DNA from: Gammaproteobacteria bacterium
Lineage (GTDB): Bacteria; Pseudomonadota; Gammaproteobacteria; UBA6429; Thiohalophilaceae
Direction of reading: 5' to 3'
Length of the DNA stretch: 24,000 nt
Assembly: GCA_029881995.1 (NCBI GenBank)
Contig: JAOULO010000010.1
Span: forward strand, 38,772-62,771
Shown: one piece after another, positions 15,815-24,000 of the stretch
How positions within the stretch are numbered: the first letter of the stretch is position 1
Layout: each line of letters begins with the position of its first letter
Translations under genes and position numbers: made by a program
The notes under the pieces: generated by a model
What the model was told of the DNA's origin: nothing
The model's database searches: none
Seen by the model: the letters and a program-made list of their open reading frames with translations, nothing else

Positions 15815-16840
15815 TTATACCCGGTTCCGACCCACCACTACCGCCTCACGGTCATCTCCAAACAGGTACACCTCGGCCTGCATGCCGACCCGCTCAAACT
15901 CCCCGACAATCTCGTCGGGACGAAGGAAGTGGTTCCCCTGCACATGCTCTGAAAGGTTCTGAAACGCCATACCACGTCGACCAGGCTCGCGAAGCAGGCT
16001 GCGCTGCTCAGGCCAATTAGGTTCCCAGATGATGACTACCCCATCTGGCTTGAGGTGCTCCTTCATAATCCGAAAAACATTTTCTTTCTGGTCCCAGACA
16101 TGGTGCAAGGCACGATTCATGGCAATCAAATCGGCCTGCTCGGTAATTCCAAAATGATTAATATCGCCGGGTTTGAAACTGACCCGATCCGCAATACCTG
16201 CCTGCTCTGCCAGCTCACTGGCCTGACGAATATTCTCATCAAAACCATCCAGCCCAATTCCACGCAGGTTGGGCAGGCGCTTTGCCAGGCCTCGTAAATA
16301 CCAGCCATTACCACAACCAAGGTCCACCGCCAGCCCCTGCCGGGCATCTACCTCCTGATAGGCTGGCACATTAGGGATAATGTCACTTTCCAGAAACGGC
16401 CCAAACATCCCTTCCAGCATGGGACCAAACCATGGCAACACGGTCTTTCTCTCAGCCAGGACACGTTCCCCTGGTCGCTCTCCACTTGGCATCAGTTCTG
16501 CCGCACGCTCTGCCATATGAGCGCCGAGTACGGCATTGACAGCAAAAGGCATCAGGCTACCCGGTATATCGGGTAAAAACTGTCCGCCCAATTCCGACAG
16601 TGTAAACAGCCCCGCCTCAACTTCATCCAGTAACTCAAAGGCATAGGCACTATCACACCAGCGGTTAACATAGGCTGCATCCATGTCAGATTCGCTGGCA
16701 AGCTCCGCAGCTGTCGCCGAGCCTAACTTTTGCAACACAGTAAACAGATGGTTAACGATCCCGATATAGGCAATATTTAAAAACAGCGCCCCCTGAGTTC
16801 GGCGCATTATTTCCTGACGTATTTCAATACTCATAACCAC
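15815..16840 (-). CDS. class I SAM-dependent methyltransferase with N-terminal winged-helix/dimerisation-like domain
   Basis: SAM motif I is LAVDLGCGNGWYL. The post-I acidic residue and the C-terminal Rossmann strands are present. The track start is GTG at 16840, and an alternative ATG lies at 16834. Confidence 0.75.
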   Translation of the reverse strand: MVMSIEIRQEIMRRTQGALFLNIAYIGIVNHLFTVLQKLGSATAAELASESDMDAAYVNRWCDSAYAFELLDEVEAGLFTLSELGGQFLPDIPGSLMPFAVNAVLGAHMAERAAELMPSGERPGERVLAERKTVLPWFGPMLEGMFGPFLESDIIPNVPAYQEVDARQGLAVDLGCGNGWYLRGLAKRLPNLRGIGLDGFDENIRQASELAEQAGIADRVSFKPGDINHFGITEQADLIAMNRALHHVWDQKENVFRIMKEHLKPDGVVIIWEPNWPEQRSLLREPGRRGMAFQNLSEHVQGNHFLRPDEIVGEFERVGMQAEVYLFGDDREAVVVGRNRV

Positions 16841-16884
16841 TCACACTTAAGTTAATACACTTACTCGAATCTGATAATTTTATC

Positions 16885-17799
16885 TTAGTTTTCCTGCCTG
16901 GAATAATAACGGGCACCGATAGCCCGTAACCAGGGATAAGTCCAGAGAATCAAAACCAGCCCCAATCCGACAATCGACAGGCTATCACGAATTCCTGCTG
17001 GGTGAAGATGGAATGACTTCACTAGGATGGTATCAGATTTAGTAAAATGACCTTGCAAGGAAATCATTTGCTGCACATCAACTGCGACACCCTCAATCAG
17101 TATCTTTTCGTTCAGGTCCGTTAAAACATGACTCGTGGGAGAGGGGAAATAACGGACTCGATCCAGTTCAATATATTTGCCAGTCCGATTTTCATAATAC
17201 CGTAGAGTCTGAACAAAATGACTGTTTGTACTTTCTGCCTGTGATAAGAAATAAAGAGGTAAAAACAAATAACAGCAAAAAAAGAATACTGAGAGACCGC
17301 CTTGAACACTCCTTCTAAATCTGACCACTACGCCACTTGACAAACTTTCCCGCCAGTAATAAATCAAATATCCCAGACCAAGTAAACTAAGACCATAGCT
17401 TACCAGGCTATTCGGCCAGAACAGGCCAATATTCAGTTGTTCCCAGTTAAGCGGTGCAAACAGATGAACCCCATTGGCCCATTTGGTCTGAAGAGCATCG
17501 AGGACTAAATGTAGAAAGATACCTAGAGCAAGCACCCAGAACACCTGACGAGCATTTTTTGCAAGCAGGCTACATGCCACAGCAAATATTAAACAACAAA
17601 TCAATGATGCCTGAATCGATGCGTAGAGTTTAATATCATAGGGAAATATATCTATCGCTATGGTTTTAACAATCCGGCGCAAGATCCATGGAATATCTGG
17701 AATAATTGCCGCCAGACAGATCCACTTTAAATCGACTGTCCTGTCGATACTTCGAGTAATCAGTCCCTGAATTCCGATATGGGCCAGAGTATTTGGCAT
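16885..17799 (-). CDS. polytopic membrane protein, YdjM/DUF457-like membrane-bound metal-dependent hydrolase N-domain plus unknown C-domain
   Basis: 304 aa. N-terminal His (TLAHIG) and FLHLVLDALQ resemble the YdjM family. Multiple TM helices. A GGTGGAGA Shine-Dalgarno is present. The family call comes from motif memory only. Confidence 0.5.
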   Translation of the reverse strand: MPNTLAHIGIQGLITRSIDRTVDLKWICLAAIIPDIPWILRRIVKTIAIDIFPYDIKLYASIQASLICCLIFAVACSLLAKNARQVFWVLALGIFLHLVLDALQTKWANGVHLFAPLNWEQLNIGLFWPNSLVSYGLSLLGLGYLIYYWRESLSSGVVVRFRRSVQGGLSVFFFCCYLFLPLYFLSQAESTNSHFVQTLRYYENRTGKYIELDRVRYFPSPTSHVLTDLNEKILIEGVAVDVQQMISLQGHFTKSDTILVKSFHLHPAGIRDSLSIVGLGLVLILWTYPWLRAIGARYYSRQEN

Positions 17800-17942
17800 T
17801 AATTTGTCTCCACCATGGTCTATTTGTTACAAGTCATACTATCGAGCTCTATCAAGTATCAGGCTGGTGTTTATAATTCAGTGTGCTAAGGTCACTGTCT
17901 TTTCTCGCAAAACCTTAATATATAAACTATAAATCAACCAGT

Positions 17943-18695
17943 ATGCTACTTAAATATCTGCTAAGAATTTCATGGATTATATACAGTTGGTGTGAACTGG
18001 TCATTGCCACCGCCCTGCTCTATACACTTTCCTATTTCCCTCGGCTCATTAGCCGTACCCTGTATTTCTATCTGTTTCGAACCTGGTGCAAAGTTTTTGT
18101 CAGTGCCCTGGGTGTAAATTTACGCTTGCACCAGAAAAATACCCAACCGATACCCAAAAATTTTATTCTGGTTGCCAATCATCCTTCTGCCTTTGAAGAT
18201 ATCGGTATCCCGGCCCTGTTTAATGTCTATTCCCTGGCCAAGGCAGAAGTGGCTGAGTGGTGGTGGGCTGGGCGTATTGTCGAGGCCGCTGGGAATCTAT
18301 TTGTAAAACGTGAATCCCGCGAAGCTCGAAAAGTCGCAGCTAAAAGAATAACTGACTTTGTCAAAAGCGGGAAAAATATTGTGATCTACCCTGAAGGAGG
18401 ATGTAAGGGTCGCCGGATATTTCATACCTTCATGCACGGGGCATTTGATATTTCCATGCAAACCGGTGTTCCTATATTGCCTGTTTTTTTACACTACGAA
18501 TCTCAGGATGATTTTGAATGGCGTAATCCACAGACACTTCTACACAAACTCTGGCACATGATGGTTACCCAAAACAATCGGGCCAATTATTATTTATATG
18601 ATGCAGTTTACCCTGACAAGTTTGAGAACAAGGAAGCCTATAATGAATATGTCCACAAGCTCTATATTGAGTGGCAGGAGCGTTATTTAAAATAA
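17943..18695 (+). CDS. lysophospholipid (1-acyl-glycerol-3-phosphate) acyltransferase family protein (PlsC-like)
   Basis: 250 aa. N-terminal TM helix, an acyltransferase block I variant NHPSAFED, and block III IYPEGG. Confidence 0.7.
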   Translation: MLLKYLLRISWIIYSWCELVIATALLYTLSYFPRLISRTLYFYLFRTWCKVFVSALGVNLRLHQKNTQPIPKNFILVANHPSAFEDIGIPALFNVYSLAKAEVAEWWWAGRIVEAAGNLFVKRESREARKVAAKRITDFVKSGKNIVIYPEGGCKGRRIFHTFMHGAFDISMQTGVPILPVFLHYESQDDFEWRNPQTLLHKLWHMMVTQNNRANYYLYDAVYPDKFENKEAYNEYVHKLYIEWQERYLK

Positions 18696-18709
18696 CACTG
18701 CAAAAAGAT

Positions 18710-19315
18710 TTACTCTTCTCCCCAAACCGCCTTATAGAAACGCTTCAAGCCATGAATCGCCGTATATTCACGATTATGGAAGTTCTCCTGGCTTTTTGAG
18801 GTGACTTTCAATGTGGCCTGATGCTTTTTAAGTAATACGTTTACAGAAAATTGGACATTGCTGGCAGATAATATTTTCTTCAGCAATTTTCTGGAGCCAG
18901 TAAAACGTATTTCTGCATCATAGGTCTTGGAAAAAACACCACTCTCCCGGTTTAAAATAATGGAGTCCTTAACACGCGTTAACTGCTCTGGCTTACCATC
19001 GATGGAAATTTCAAATGTCCCAGCACTTTTTTTCAGATCTTCCATATTGGTCTGTTCAGAAATGGGGAACTGTATGATTAAACGAAGCTCTTCTCCATAT
19101 CGTTCATCCCACACCACACCAAGGCGAAAAGTACTAGGACTGCTATCGGCATCAAATAAAGAGGCAGGATGTAGCAGGACATATCGTTTGCCATCATAGA
19201 CAGCCTTGCCCTTGATCAGTTTTCCAGGTGTATCCCCTTCAAGGGCCTGACTGATATTGGTTGTTACCAGGAATAAAAACAGGACAGACAGAATCGACTT
19301 GAAATACTTTTTCAT
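18710..19315 (-). CDS. secreted hypothetical protein (201 aa)
   Basis: The signal peptide is MKKYFKSILSVLFLFLVTTNISQA. A GGGGAA Shine-Dalgarno is present. No family recognised. Confidence 0.55.
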   Translation of the reverse strand: MKKYFKSILSVLFLFLVTTNISQALEGDTPGKLIKGKAVYDGKRYVLLHPASLFDADSSPSTFRLGVVWDERYGEELRLIIQFPISEQTNMEDLKKSAGTFEISIDGKPEQLTRVKDSIILNRESGVFSKTYDAEIRFTGSRKLLKKILSASNVQFSVNVLLKKHQATLKVTSKSQENFHNREYTAIHGLKRFYKAVWGEE

Positions 19316-19393
19316 ACTGATTTCCCCACGGAAAATAACTGGTTATAAGTTAATGATTTCTAATATCACTTAACGGCAGGAAACCCTGTCACT

Positions 19394-19588
19394 TTACCAG
19401 GTATATTTTCGGCCCTCGCCGGGTTTCATGAAGAATTTTCGATAAATAAAGGTAGGTAGTACAAAGAAAATGGCGATAAACAGTACACTGTAGATATATG
19501 GATACTCCATAATCAGCCAACCAACAATAATTGTGCCAGTCAGCAACCAGATTAACATCATCACCGCTTTTGGGATATCTTCAGGCAT
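19394..19588 (-). CDS. small two-TM membrane protein (64 aa)
   Basis: Two hydrophobic helices (VMMLIWLLTGTIIVGWLI and YSVLFIAIFFVLPTFIY). An AGGAAG Shine-Dalgarno lies 8 nt upstream of the ATG. Confidence 0.5.
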   Translation of the reverse strand: MPEDIPKAVMMLIWLLTGTIIVGWLIMEYPYIYSVLFIAIFFVLPTFIYRKFFMKPGEGRKYTW

Positions 19589-19711
19589 TTTAGAGGCTTC
19601 CTAGTTCTTGCAATTTAACAGCCTCCCCGGTCAGGGAGAATCCCCCAATGATCATGTAGTTTCGTTCCCTAGTCAATGCTCGCCCGGAAGATTTCCGCTC
19701 AGGGAAAACAC

Positions 19712-19999
19712 CTATGCCTTAATGATTTCAATGCCTTGCTCATCACCCGGAGGCAAAACCGGCTCATAGGCCACAACCTGGGGTTCATGGATGGGGATTT
19801 CTACCGTGATCATGCCATCATAAACTGCTGACTGTTCATTCTCAGTTTCAGAAGTTGCTGCTCCTTTGCTTGTCAGTTTTTTAGCCAACAATGAAGCCGT
19901 CTCATTAAACAAGAGCCTGTCCAGCACTTCTCTTAGTGCTAGTGCTAACGGAGGAAAGACCAAAACTGATAGTAAAATAAGGCTTACGGTTATTTCCAA
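19712..19999 (-). CDS. hypothetical membrane-anchored/secreted protein (95 aa)
   Basis: TTG start preceded by a strong GGAGAGGGA Shine-Dalgarno. Hydrophobic N-terminus (ITVSLILLSVLVFPPLALAL) and an acidic C-terminal half. Confidence 0.5.
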   Translation of the reverse strand: MEITVSLILLSVLVFPPLALALREVLDRLLFNETASLLAKKLTSKGAATSETENEQSAVYDGMITVEIPIHEPQVVAYEPVLPPGDEQGIEIIKA

Positions 20000-20067
20000 T
20001 GTTCCCTCTCCCTTTCAGAATGGTTAAATAGTAGGGACAGTCCCAATTAAAATCTGTGAGTTAATTC

Positions 20068-20652
20068 TTATTTGTAGTTTCTCTTGTATTTCTTAAGGTA
20101 ATTGACAACTCGCTTATGCCGGTATCGTTTTGCCAGTCCCTCGGCATCAAACCCAGCAGTATTGCGGCTATTAATATCTGCATCATGGGCTAGCAGGTAA
20201 TCAACAACCATAAGATGTCCTCCTCTTGCCGCTTTTAGCAGTGGAGTCCATTTATTGTTATTTTGAATATTGACTTCCGCACCATGATTAAGAAGATATT
20301 GCACAATTCGTAAGTGACCATAACGGGAAGAGAAGCTCATGGCATTATGTCCCTTGCCGGATTTGGCATTAACCTTTGCCCCTTTGCCTACCAGTATGGT
20401 TACCAGTTCGTACCGACCCGCTCTTGCCGCAATCATTAACAGGGTTTCAGTTTTGATACGATAATCGACACTCAGTCCCTGAGACAATTTATGATTAATA
20501 AACTCGACATCATTGTGCTGGATTGCATTGACTAGCTGCGCATTCAGGTCGACAGCATACGCAAGGGGGATATAAAGCAGGATTAACAGGCCAAGGCTGG
20601 GTAGACCCCATAATTTTTTGTTAACTGATAACACGACACCACTACAGAACAC
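20068..20652 (-). CDS. ankyrin-repeat protein with N-terminal signal/anchor sequence
   Basis: 3-4 ANK repeats are readable (TLLMIAARAGRYELVTILVGKGAKVNA; NAMSFSSRYGHLRIVQYLLNHGAEVN; WTPLLKAARGGHLMVVDYLLAHDADIN). The N-terminal KKLWGLPSLGLLILLYIPLAYA looks like a signal peptide. The track start is GTG and the true start is uncertain (an internal GTG is possible). Confidence 0.8.
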   Translation of the reverse strand: MFCSGVVLSVNKKLWGLPSLGLLILLYIPLAYAVDLNAQLVNAIQHNDVEFINHKLSQGLSVDYRIKTETLLMIAARAGRYELVTILVGKGAKVNAKSGKGHNAMSFSSRYGHLRIVQYLLNHGAEVNIQNNNKWTPLLKAARGGHLMVVDYLLAHDADINSRNTAGFDAEGLAKRYRHKRVVNYLKKYKRNYK

Positions 20653-20707
20653 TTAACATATAAAAAATTATAGCCAAGCTCTAACGGGTATCCACCATTA
20701 AACAGAT

Positions 20708-21475
20708 TTAATGACGGGTAAAAACCCAGTTGTTCCCTTTTGATAAGGATTTATTAAAACCATAGCCATCTTCGTCGAATGATTGAATATCTTCAGGATC
20801 CGACAGGCGATTTTTTATTATATAACGACTCAGCATTCCACGGGCCTTCTTGGCATAAATGCCAATCATTTTATATTCACCGTTTTTCTTTTCCTTGAAT
20901 GCTGGTGTAATAATGTCGGCCTTAAGGGCTTTTGGTTTAACAGCCTTAAAATATTCATTCGATGCAAGATTTATCAGGCAATCTGAACCGATTTTATTCA
21001 ACTGCTCATTCAGGCCTTCAGTAATAATCGTTCCCCAGAATTCATATAGATTCTTACCACGATCATTCTGTAGCCTTGTCCCCATCTCAAGTCGATAAGC
21101 CTGCATCAAATCAAGAGGTCTCAACAGCCCATACAGGCCAGATAAAATCCGCAGATGCTCCTGGGCAAACTTGAAATCTGTCTTGTTGAATGAGTATGCC
21201 TCTAGCCCCGTATATACATCGCCTTTAAACGCCAGCACGGCCTGCCTGGCATTACTGTCGTTGAAAGGCTTTTTCCAAGATGTATACCGATCGACATTTA
21301 AATCGGCTATTTTCATACTGACCTTCATCAACTCAGCAATATCCAGTGGAGAAAACTGCCGTAGACGATTAATCAACTGCTGGGAGTGATCCAGAAAGTC
21401 CGGTTGACTGGCAATGTCGGTCGGGCGCTTTGATTCATAGTCCAGCGTCTTGGCGGGAGAGACAACAATCAGCAT
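20708..21475 (-). CDS. yaaA: peroxide stress protein YaaA (UPF0246/DUF328)
   Basis: 255 aa, colinear by eye with E. coli YaaA ([10 protein letters not shown]; [15 protein letters not shown]; [22 protein letters not shown]; INLAS.EYFK.VKPK; YAKKARG..SR.II.NRL). Confidence 0.9.
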   Translation of the reverse strand: MLIVVSPAKTLDYESKRPTDIASQPDFLDHSQQLINRLRQFSPLDIAELMKVSMKIADLNVDRYTSWKKPFNDSNARQAVLAFKGDVYTGLEAYSFNKTDFKFAQEHLRILSGLYGLLRPLDLMQAYRLEMGTRLQNDRGKNLYEFWGTIITEGLNEQLNKIGSDCLINLASNEYFKAVKPKALKADIITPAFKEKKNGEYKMIGIYAKKARGMLSRYIIKNRLSDPEDIQSFDEDGYGFNKSLSKGNNWVFTRH

Positions 21476-21551
21476 AGTTCAACTCAATCGTTAAAAAGAA
21501 GGCATTTTATCAAATTAGCTAGCATCCTCAATCCTTAACAACTGGAAGGAG

Positions 21552-22586
21552 TTAATTTGAGCTCTGAACGGCCTCTTTCAGGGCCTTTCGCCAGCGGCGA
21601 TCACCCAGATAGGCCCAGCTGGCAGGGTCTTCAAGAATGCTCTTTTCAAAATAACTGACATAATGCTGCACCGCCTGTTCCACATTATCCGGAATCAGCG
21701 GCTCACCAAAAACAAGATGAATTTCTTTACCAATAGAACGAAAATATAGCGGTAACATGGGTACCTTTCGCTTAACGGCGACCTTGGCGGCCCATGGATT
21801 AAAGCCACGGGTCAGTCCAAAAATAGAGGCCTTTATGCCTCGTTCAGAATGGTCCATGTTATCCAGAGTTGTGGCAATGACATATTTTTCCTTCAAGGCC
21901 GAGAACATGGCCCTTGAAAGTTCGACGGGGCTCCCCCCTCTGACCATAAGAATTTTAACTTCCATAGCACTGAAAAACTCCAGAGCCATACGAGTTCTTC
22001 CAATGGTAGAAGGATTACGAGCTACCAACAGGGTTGGCCAGGTCATATTCAACTTCATACCAGAAAAGGCACTACCGATATTGTGTGGGATATTAAATAA
22101 CAAACCACCATGCTCCAGGCGCAGCTTTTCCACCATCTCGGCATCCTCATGACTGATAACAACCCGGTGATGAATACCTTTCGCACCTTTCTGATATAAA
22201 CGAATGTAATGACAAAAGATGGTTCTGATATTCGTCAGGAAATCCTGATAGAGCTTTTTGGGTTCATGTCGAATCCCCTTTTTAGCCGCAAGCTGGCTTA
22301 TATACTCACATGTCTCACGAATAGGGTTTTTACGAAAAGGATACAGTAATCGAAAAAAACCAACCATTAAATAGACAGGAATAATCGCCAAAGGGTAAGG
22401 CATATACTTGGCCGCCCGGTAAAATAGTGGCATGAACATCTCTTTGAGATGGGTACCACCAAAACGTTTCCCGGTACAACCTTCATACTCCACCACTTCC
22501 AGTTCATCCTGGTAGAGTGCGGGTGAAGTTACAATTTCTGTTCGGGTAATTTTAATTTCTTGCTCGGGTGAAGTGACGTCAGACAC
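21552..22586 (-). CDS. LpxL/HtrB-like (lipid A biosynthesis lauroyl/myristoyl) acyltransferase family protein
   Basis: 344 aa. GGLLFNIPHNIGSAFSG parallels LpxL VVGVHFMSLELGG, and the C-terminal DPASWAYLGDRRWR parallels PEQYLWIHRRFK. GTG start with AGGAG 10 nt upstream and an in-frame stop 2 codons upstream of the GTG. Confidence 0.6.
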   Translation of the reverse strand: MSDVTSPEQEIKITRTEIVTSPALYQDELEVVEYEGCTGKRFGGTHLKEMFMPLFYRAAKYMPYPLAIIPVYLMVGFFRLLYPFRKNPIRETCEYISQLAAKKGIRHEPKKLYQDFLTNIRTIFCHYIRLYQKGAKGIHHRVVISHEDAEMVEKLRLEHGGLLFNIPHNIGSAFSGMKLNMTWPTLLVARNPSTIGRTRMALEFFSAMEVKILMVRGGSPVELSRAMFSALKEKYVIATTLDNMDHSERGIKASIFGLTRGFNPWAAKVAVKRKVPMLPLYFRSIGKEIHLVFGEPLIPDNVEQAVQHYVSYFEKSILEDPASWAYLGDRRWRKALKEAVQSSN

Positions 22587-22664
22587 AGATTATGAACTCC
22601 TGATAAACAAACCTGTAATAGTAATACGTATTATCAAAAAGACCTTGTTGAAAATCAAATAAAC

Positions 22665-22687
22665 AGACCAGCCTGCTCGACTGGTCT
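22665..22687 (-). terminator. Rho-independent terminator after the CheY-like gene
   Basis: AGACCAG-9 nt-CTGGTCT stem. On the minus strand it is followed by GTTTATTTGATTTTC, and it begins about 40 nt after the stop at 22728. Confidence 0.6.
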
Positions 22688-22727
22688 TGAATATTATGAA
22701 TGGGAAAGGATAGATGCTAAGTCAGAC

Positions 22728-23090
22728 TCAGGTCAGCATGGTGGTAACGGCTTTTTCTAGTCTGCCAGCATCGAATGGTTTCTGAATCCAGCCATTTGCC
22801 CCCATATTTTTGGATTTTTCCTTTTTGAAATCTGCGGTTTCTGTCGTAAGCATCAGGATTGGAACCGATTTATAGGCATCAAGGCGTCGAAGCTTGTAGA
22901 CCAGGCTAATACCATTAATATTTGGCATATTAATATCGGTCAAAACCAGGTCAACCGTTGTATCCCGGGCTATATTCATCGCTTCAGCACCATCACAGGC
23001 AACGATGACTTCATGTCCTAAATTTCCAAGAATGGTACTGACCATTTCGCGTATAGTTCTGGAATCATCCACTGCGAGTATTTTCGCCAT
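22728..23090 (-). CDS. stand-alone CheY-like response regulator receiver protein
   Basis: 120 aa. Receiver residues are all present (AVDDS, LVLTDINMP, MLTTE, QKPF). The track start at 23105 is TTG. The ATG at 23090 sits 5 nt behind AGGTGA, so I moved the start. Confidence 0.85.
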   Translation of the reverse strand: MAKILAVDDSRTIREMVSTILGNLGHEVIVACDGAEAMNIARDTTVDLVLTDINMPNINGISLVYKLRRLDAYKSVPILMLTTETADFKKEKSKNMGANGWIQKPFDAGRLEKAVTTMLT

Positions 23091-23324
23091 ATATTCACCT
23101 GCCAATTTATTGCTCCGGTATATTATTTACGGAGCATTTTAGATAAAACTTGAGTGCTAAATATTAAAGTTTAACTGGCGAAGAGAGGCAGAGGCTTACC
23201 TACTGTTGCCCTTGATAAATAGCCAGTCATCATATCGGCATTATTTTAGTGGGCTTTAATAATTATTTACAAAAGCGGTGATGCCATTGGAATTATTTCA
23301 ATATCATTTAGGATACCAGCCCCA

Positions 23325-23597
23325 TTAGGCGACTTCATGCTGTTCAAGGTTTACTGGCAGGCCATCCTCTTCAATCTCATCAGGTGACAGTACATCAAGC
23401 ATGGAAACCTGCTCATTTTTCAACTCATCACCAAATGATATCTCACCCGTTTGAGGATCAATTTTATAGAAAAATGGGTTCCCTGCAATTGAATCTAACC
23501 GACGTAGTCGAGCCATTCTTACCAGACGGTAACAAAGCAGCACAATGACGGGAATAGCGAGTAATAGGATCAGATTTAATACGGTATCGTATGTCAT
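23325..23597 (-). CDS. small single-TM protein with acidic C-terminal tail (90 aa)
   Basis: The TM helix is LNLILLLAIPVIVLLCY, followed by RLVRMARLRR and an acidic tail. AGGAG lies 9 nt upstream of the ATG. No family recognised. Confidence 0.5.
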   Translation of the reverse strand: MTYDTVLNLILLLAIPVIVLLCYRLVRMARLRRLDSIAGNPFFYKIDPQTGEISFGDELKNEQVSMLDVLSPDEIEEDGLPVNLEQHEVA

Positions 23598-23670
23598 AAC
23601 TATCCACTCCTGTAGATAATATAATAAATAGTATAGACATCTCTGACACTATTGCAGAAAAAATAGATTG

Positions 23671-24000
23671 CTAAATTGATGCAGGATATTCCACACCGAG
23701 TAATTCCTGTTCAACATCAATCTCCTTATAACTGTCTTCTTTCAATTGAAATGCGAGACTGACCGAAAGCCCGGCCATAAACCCCAATAGACAGAAAAAA
23801 CTGGTAGGCGGCGTCTCCGGACGAAGTGTATGAATATCTCCCAGGACAAACCCAATTTTAATCACTAATGCGATCAGCAGCCCCTGTAGCAAGCCCTGAA
23901 AAAGATACCTGGCATAAGGTTTAAATTGAATTTTAAAACTGGAAGTAAACGGAACCGTATCCAGACGATAGGCCGACATCACGACAACCACAAAGGCAAT
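23671..24000 (-). CDS. hypothetical membrane protein, probably 5'-truncated by the window edge
   Basis: The frame stays open to position 24000 (IAFVVVVMSAY...). Contains hydrophobic helices (LLQGLLIALVIKIGFVL, FFCLLGFMAGLSVSLAF). The track's start at 23991 is GTG and may be internal. Confidence 0.4.
   Translation of the reverse strand: MAFVVVVMSAYRLDTVPFTSSFKIQFKPYARYLFQGLLQGLLIALVIKIGFVLGDIHTLRPETPPTSFFCLLGFMAGLSVSLAFQLKEDSYKEIDVEQELLGVEYPASI

Noticed and set aside
17864-17881. LexA/SOS box upstream of the YdjM-like gene (CTGGTGTTTATAATTCAG)
   Set aside because: The spacing is CTG-N12-CAG. The gammaproteobacterial SOS box is CTGT-N8-ACAG (16 nt), so it does not fit. The sequence also contains a plain TATAAT that could simply be a -10 element.
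1-24000. CRISPR arrays, tandem repeat arrays, rRNA/tRNA genes, toxin-antitoxin pairs or known anti-phage defence systems
   Set aside because: Reading through all intergenic regions showed no regularly spaced repeats, no cloverleaf-like tRNA sequences, and no gene pairs with hallmark defence domains. The GIY-YIG DUF123 gene is coupled to metabolic enzymes rather than to a typical defence partner. A computational scan (tRNAscan, Infernal, a CRISPR finder, DefenseFinder/PADLOC) should confirm this.

Overview
The window holds about 30 genes from what looks like a gammaproteobacterial chromosome. Rsd, SseA, YegQ/TrhP and YaaA align closely by eye with my recollection of the E. coli proteins. Most of the content is housekeeping or metabolic: an rsd/sseA/yegQ region, a glycerol/glycerophosphodiester cluster, a LysR-divergent yqjG block, a methyltransferase/AlkD-like block, lipid acyltransferases, yaaA, and an orphan CheY-like receiver. 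The clear accessory element is an AT-rich quorum-sensing island at about 6.8-9.3 kb. It encodes a canonical LuxR receptor, a lux-box-like operator, a LuxI-type AHL synthase, a strong hairpin, and a second LuxR paralog whose AHL-contact residues appear to be replaced. The second-best candidate is a tightly coupled minus-strand operon at 9.2-12.2 kb: a DUF123 GIY-YIG nuclease-fold protein, a bifunctional aldolase/SDR and a WbuC cupin, sitting behind yqjG and a divergent LysR regulator. I also found a 57-aa membrane ORF with a strong Shine-Dalgarno that the ORF track missed (14890-15063, minus strand), and corrected several track starts that are really TTG/GTG extensions. I saw no rRNA, tRNA, CRISPR array, transposase, integrase or recognisable defence system. 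I cannot show that any of this is truly undescribed. The pocket-degenerate LuxR next to the synthase is my best candidate. All family calls rest on hand alignment and motif recall and need database confirmation.
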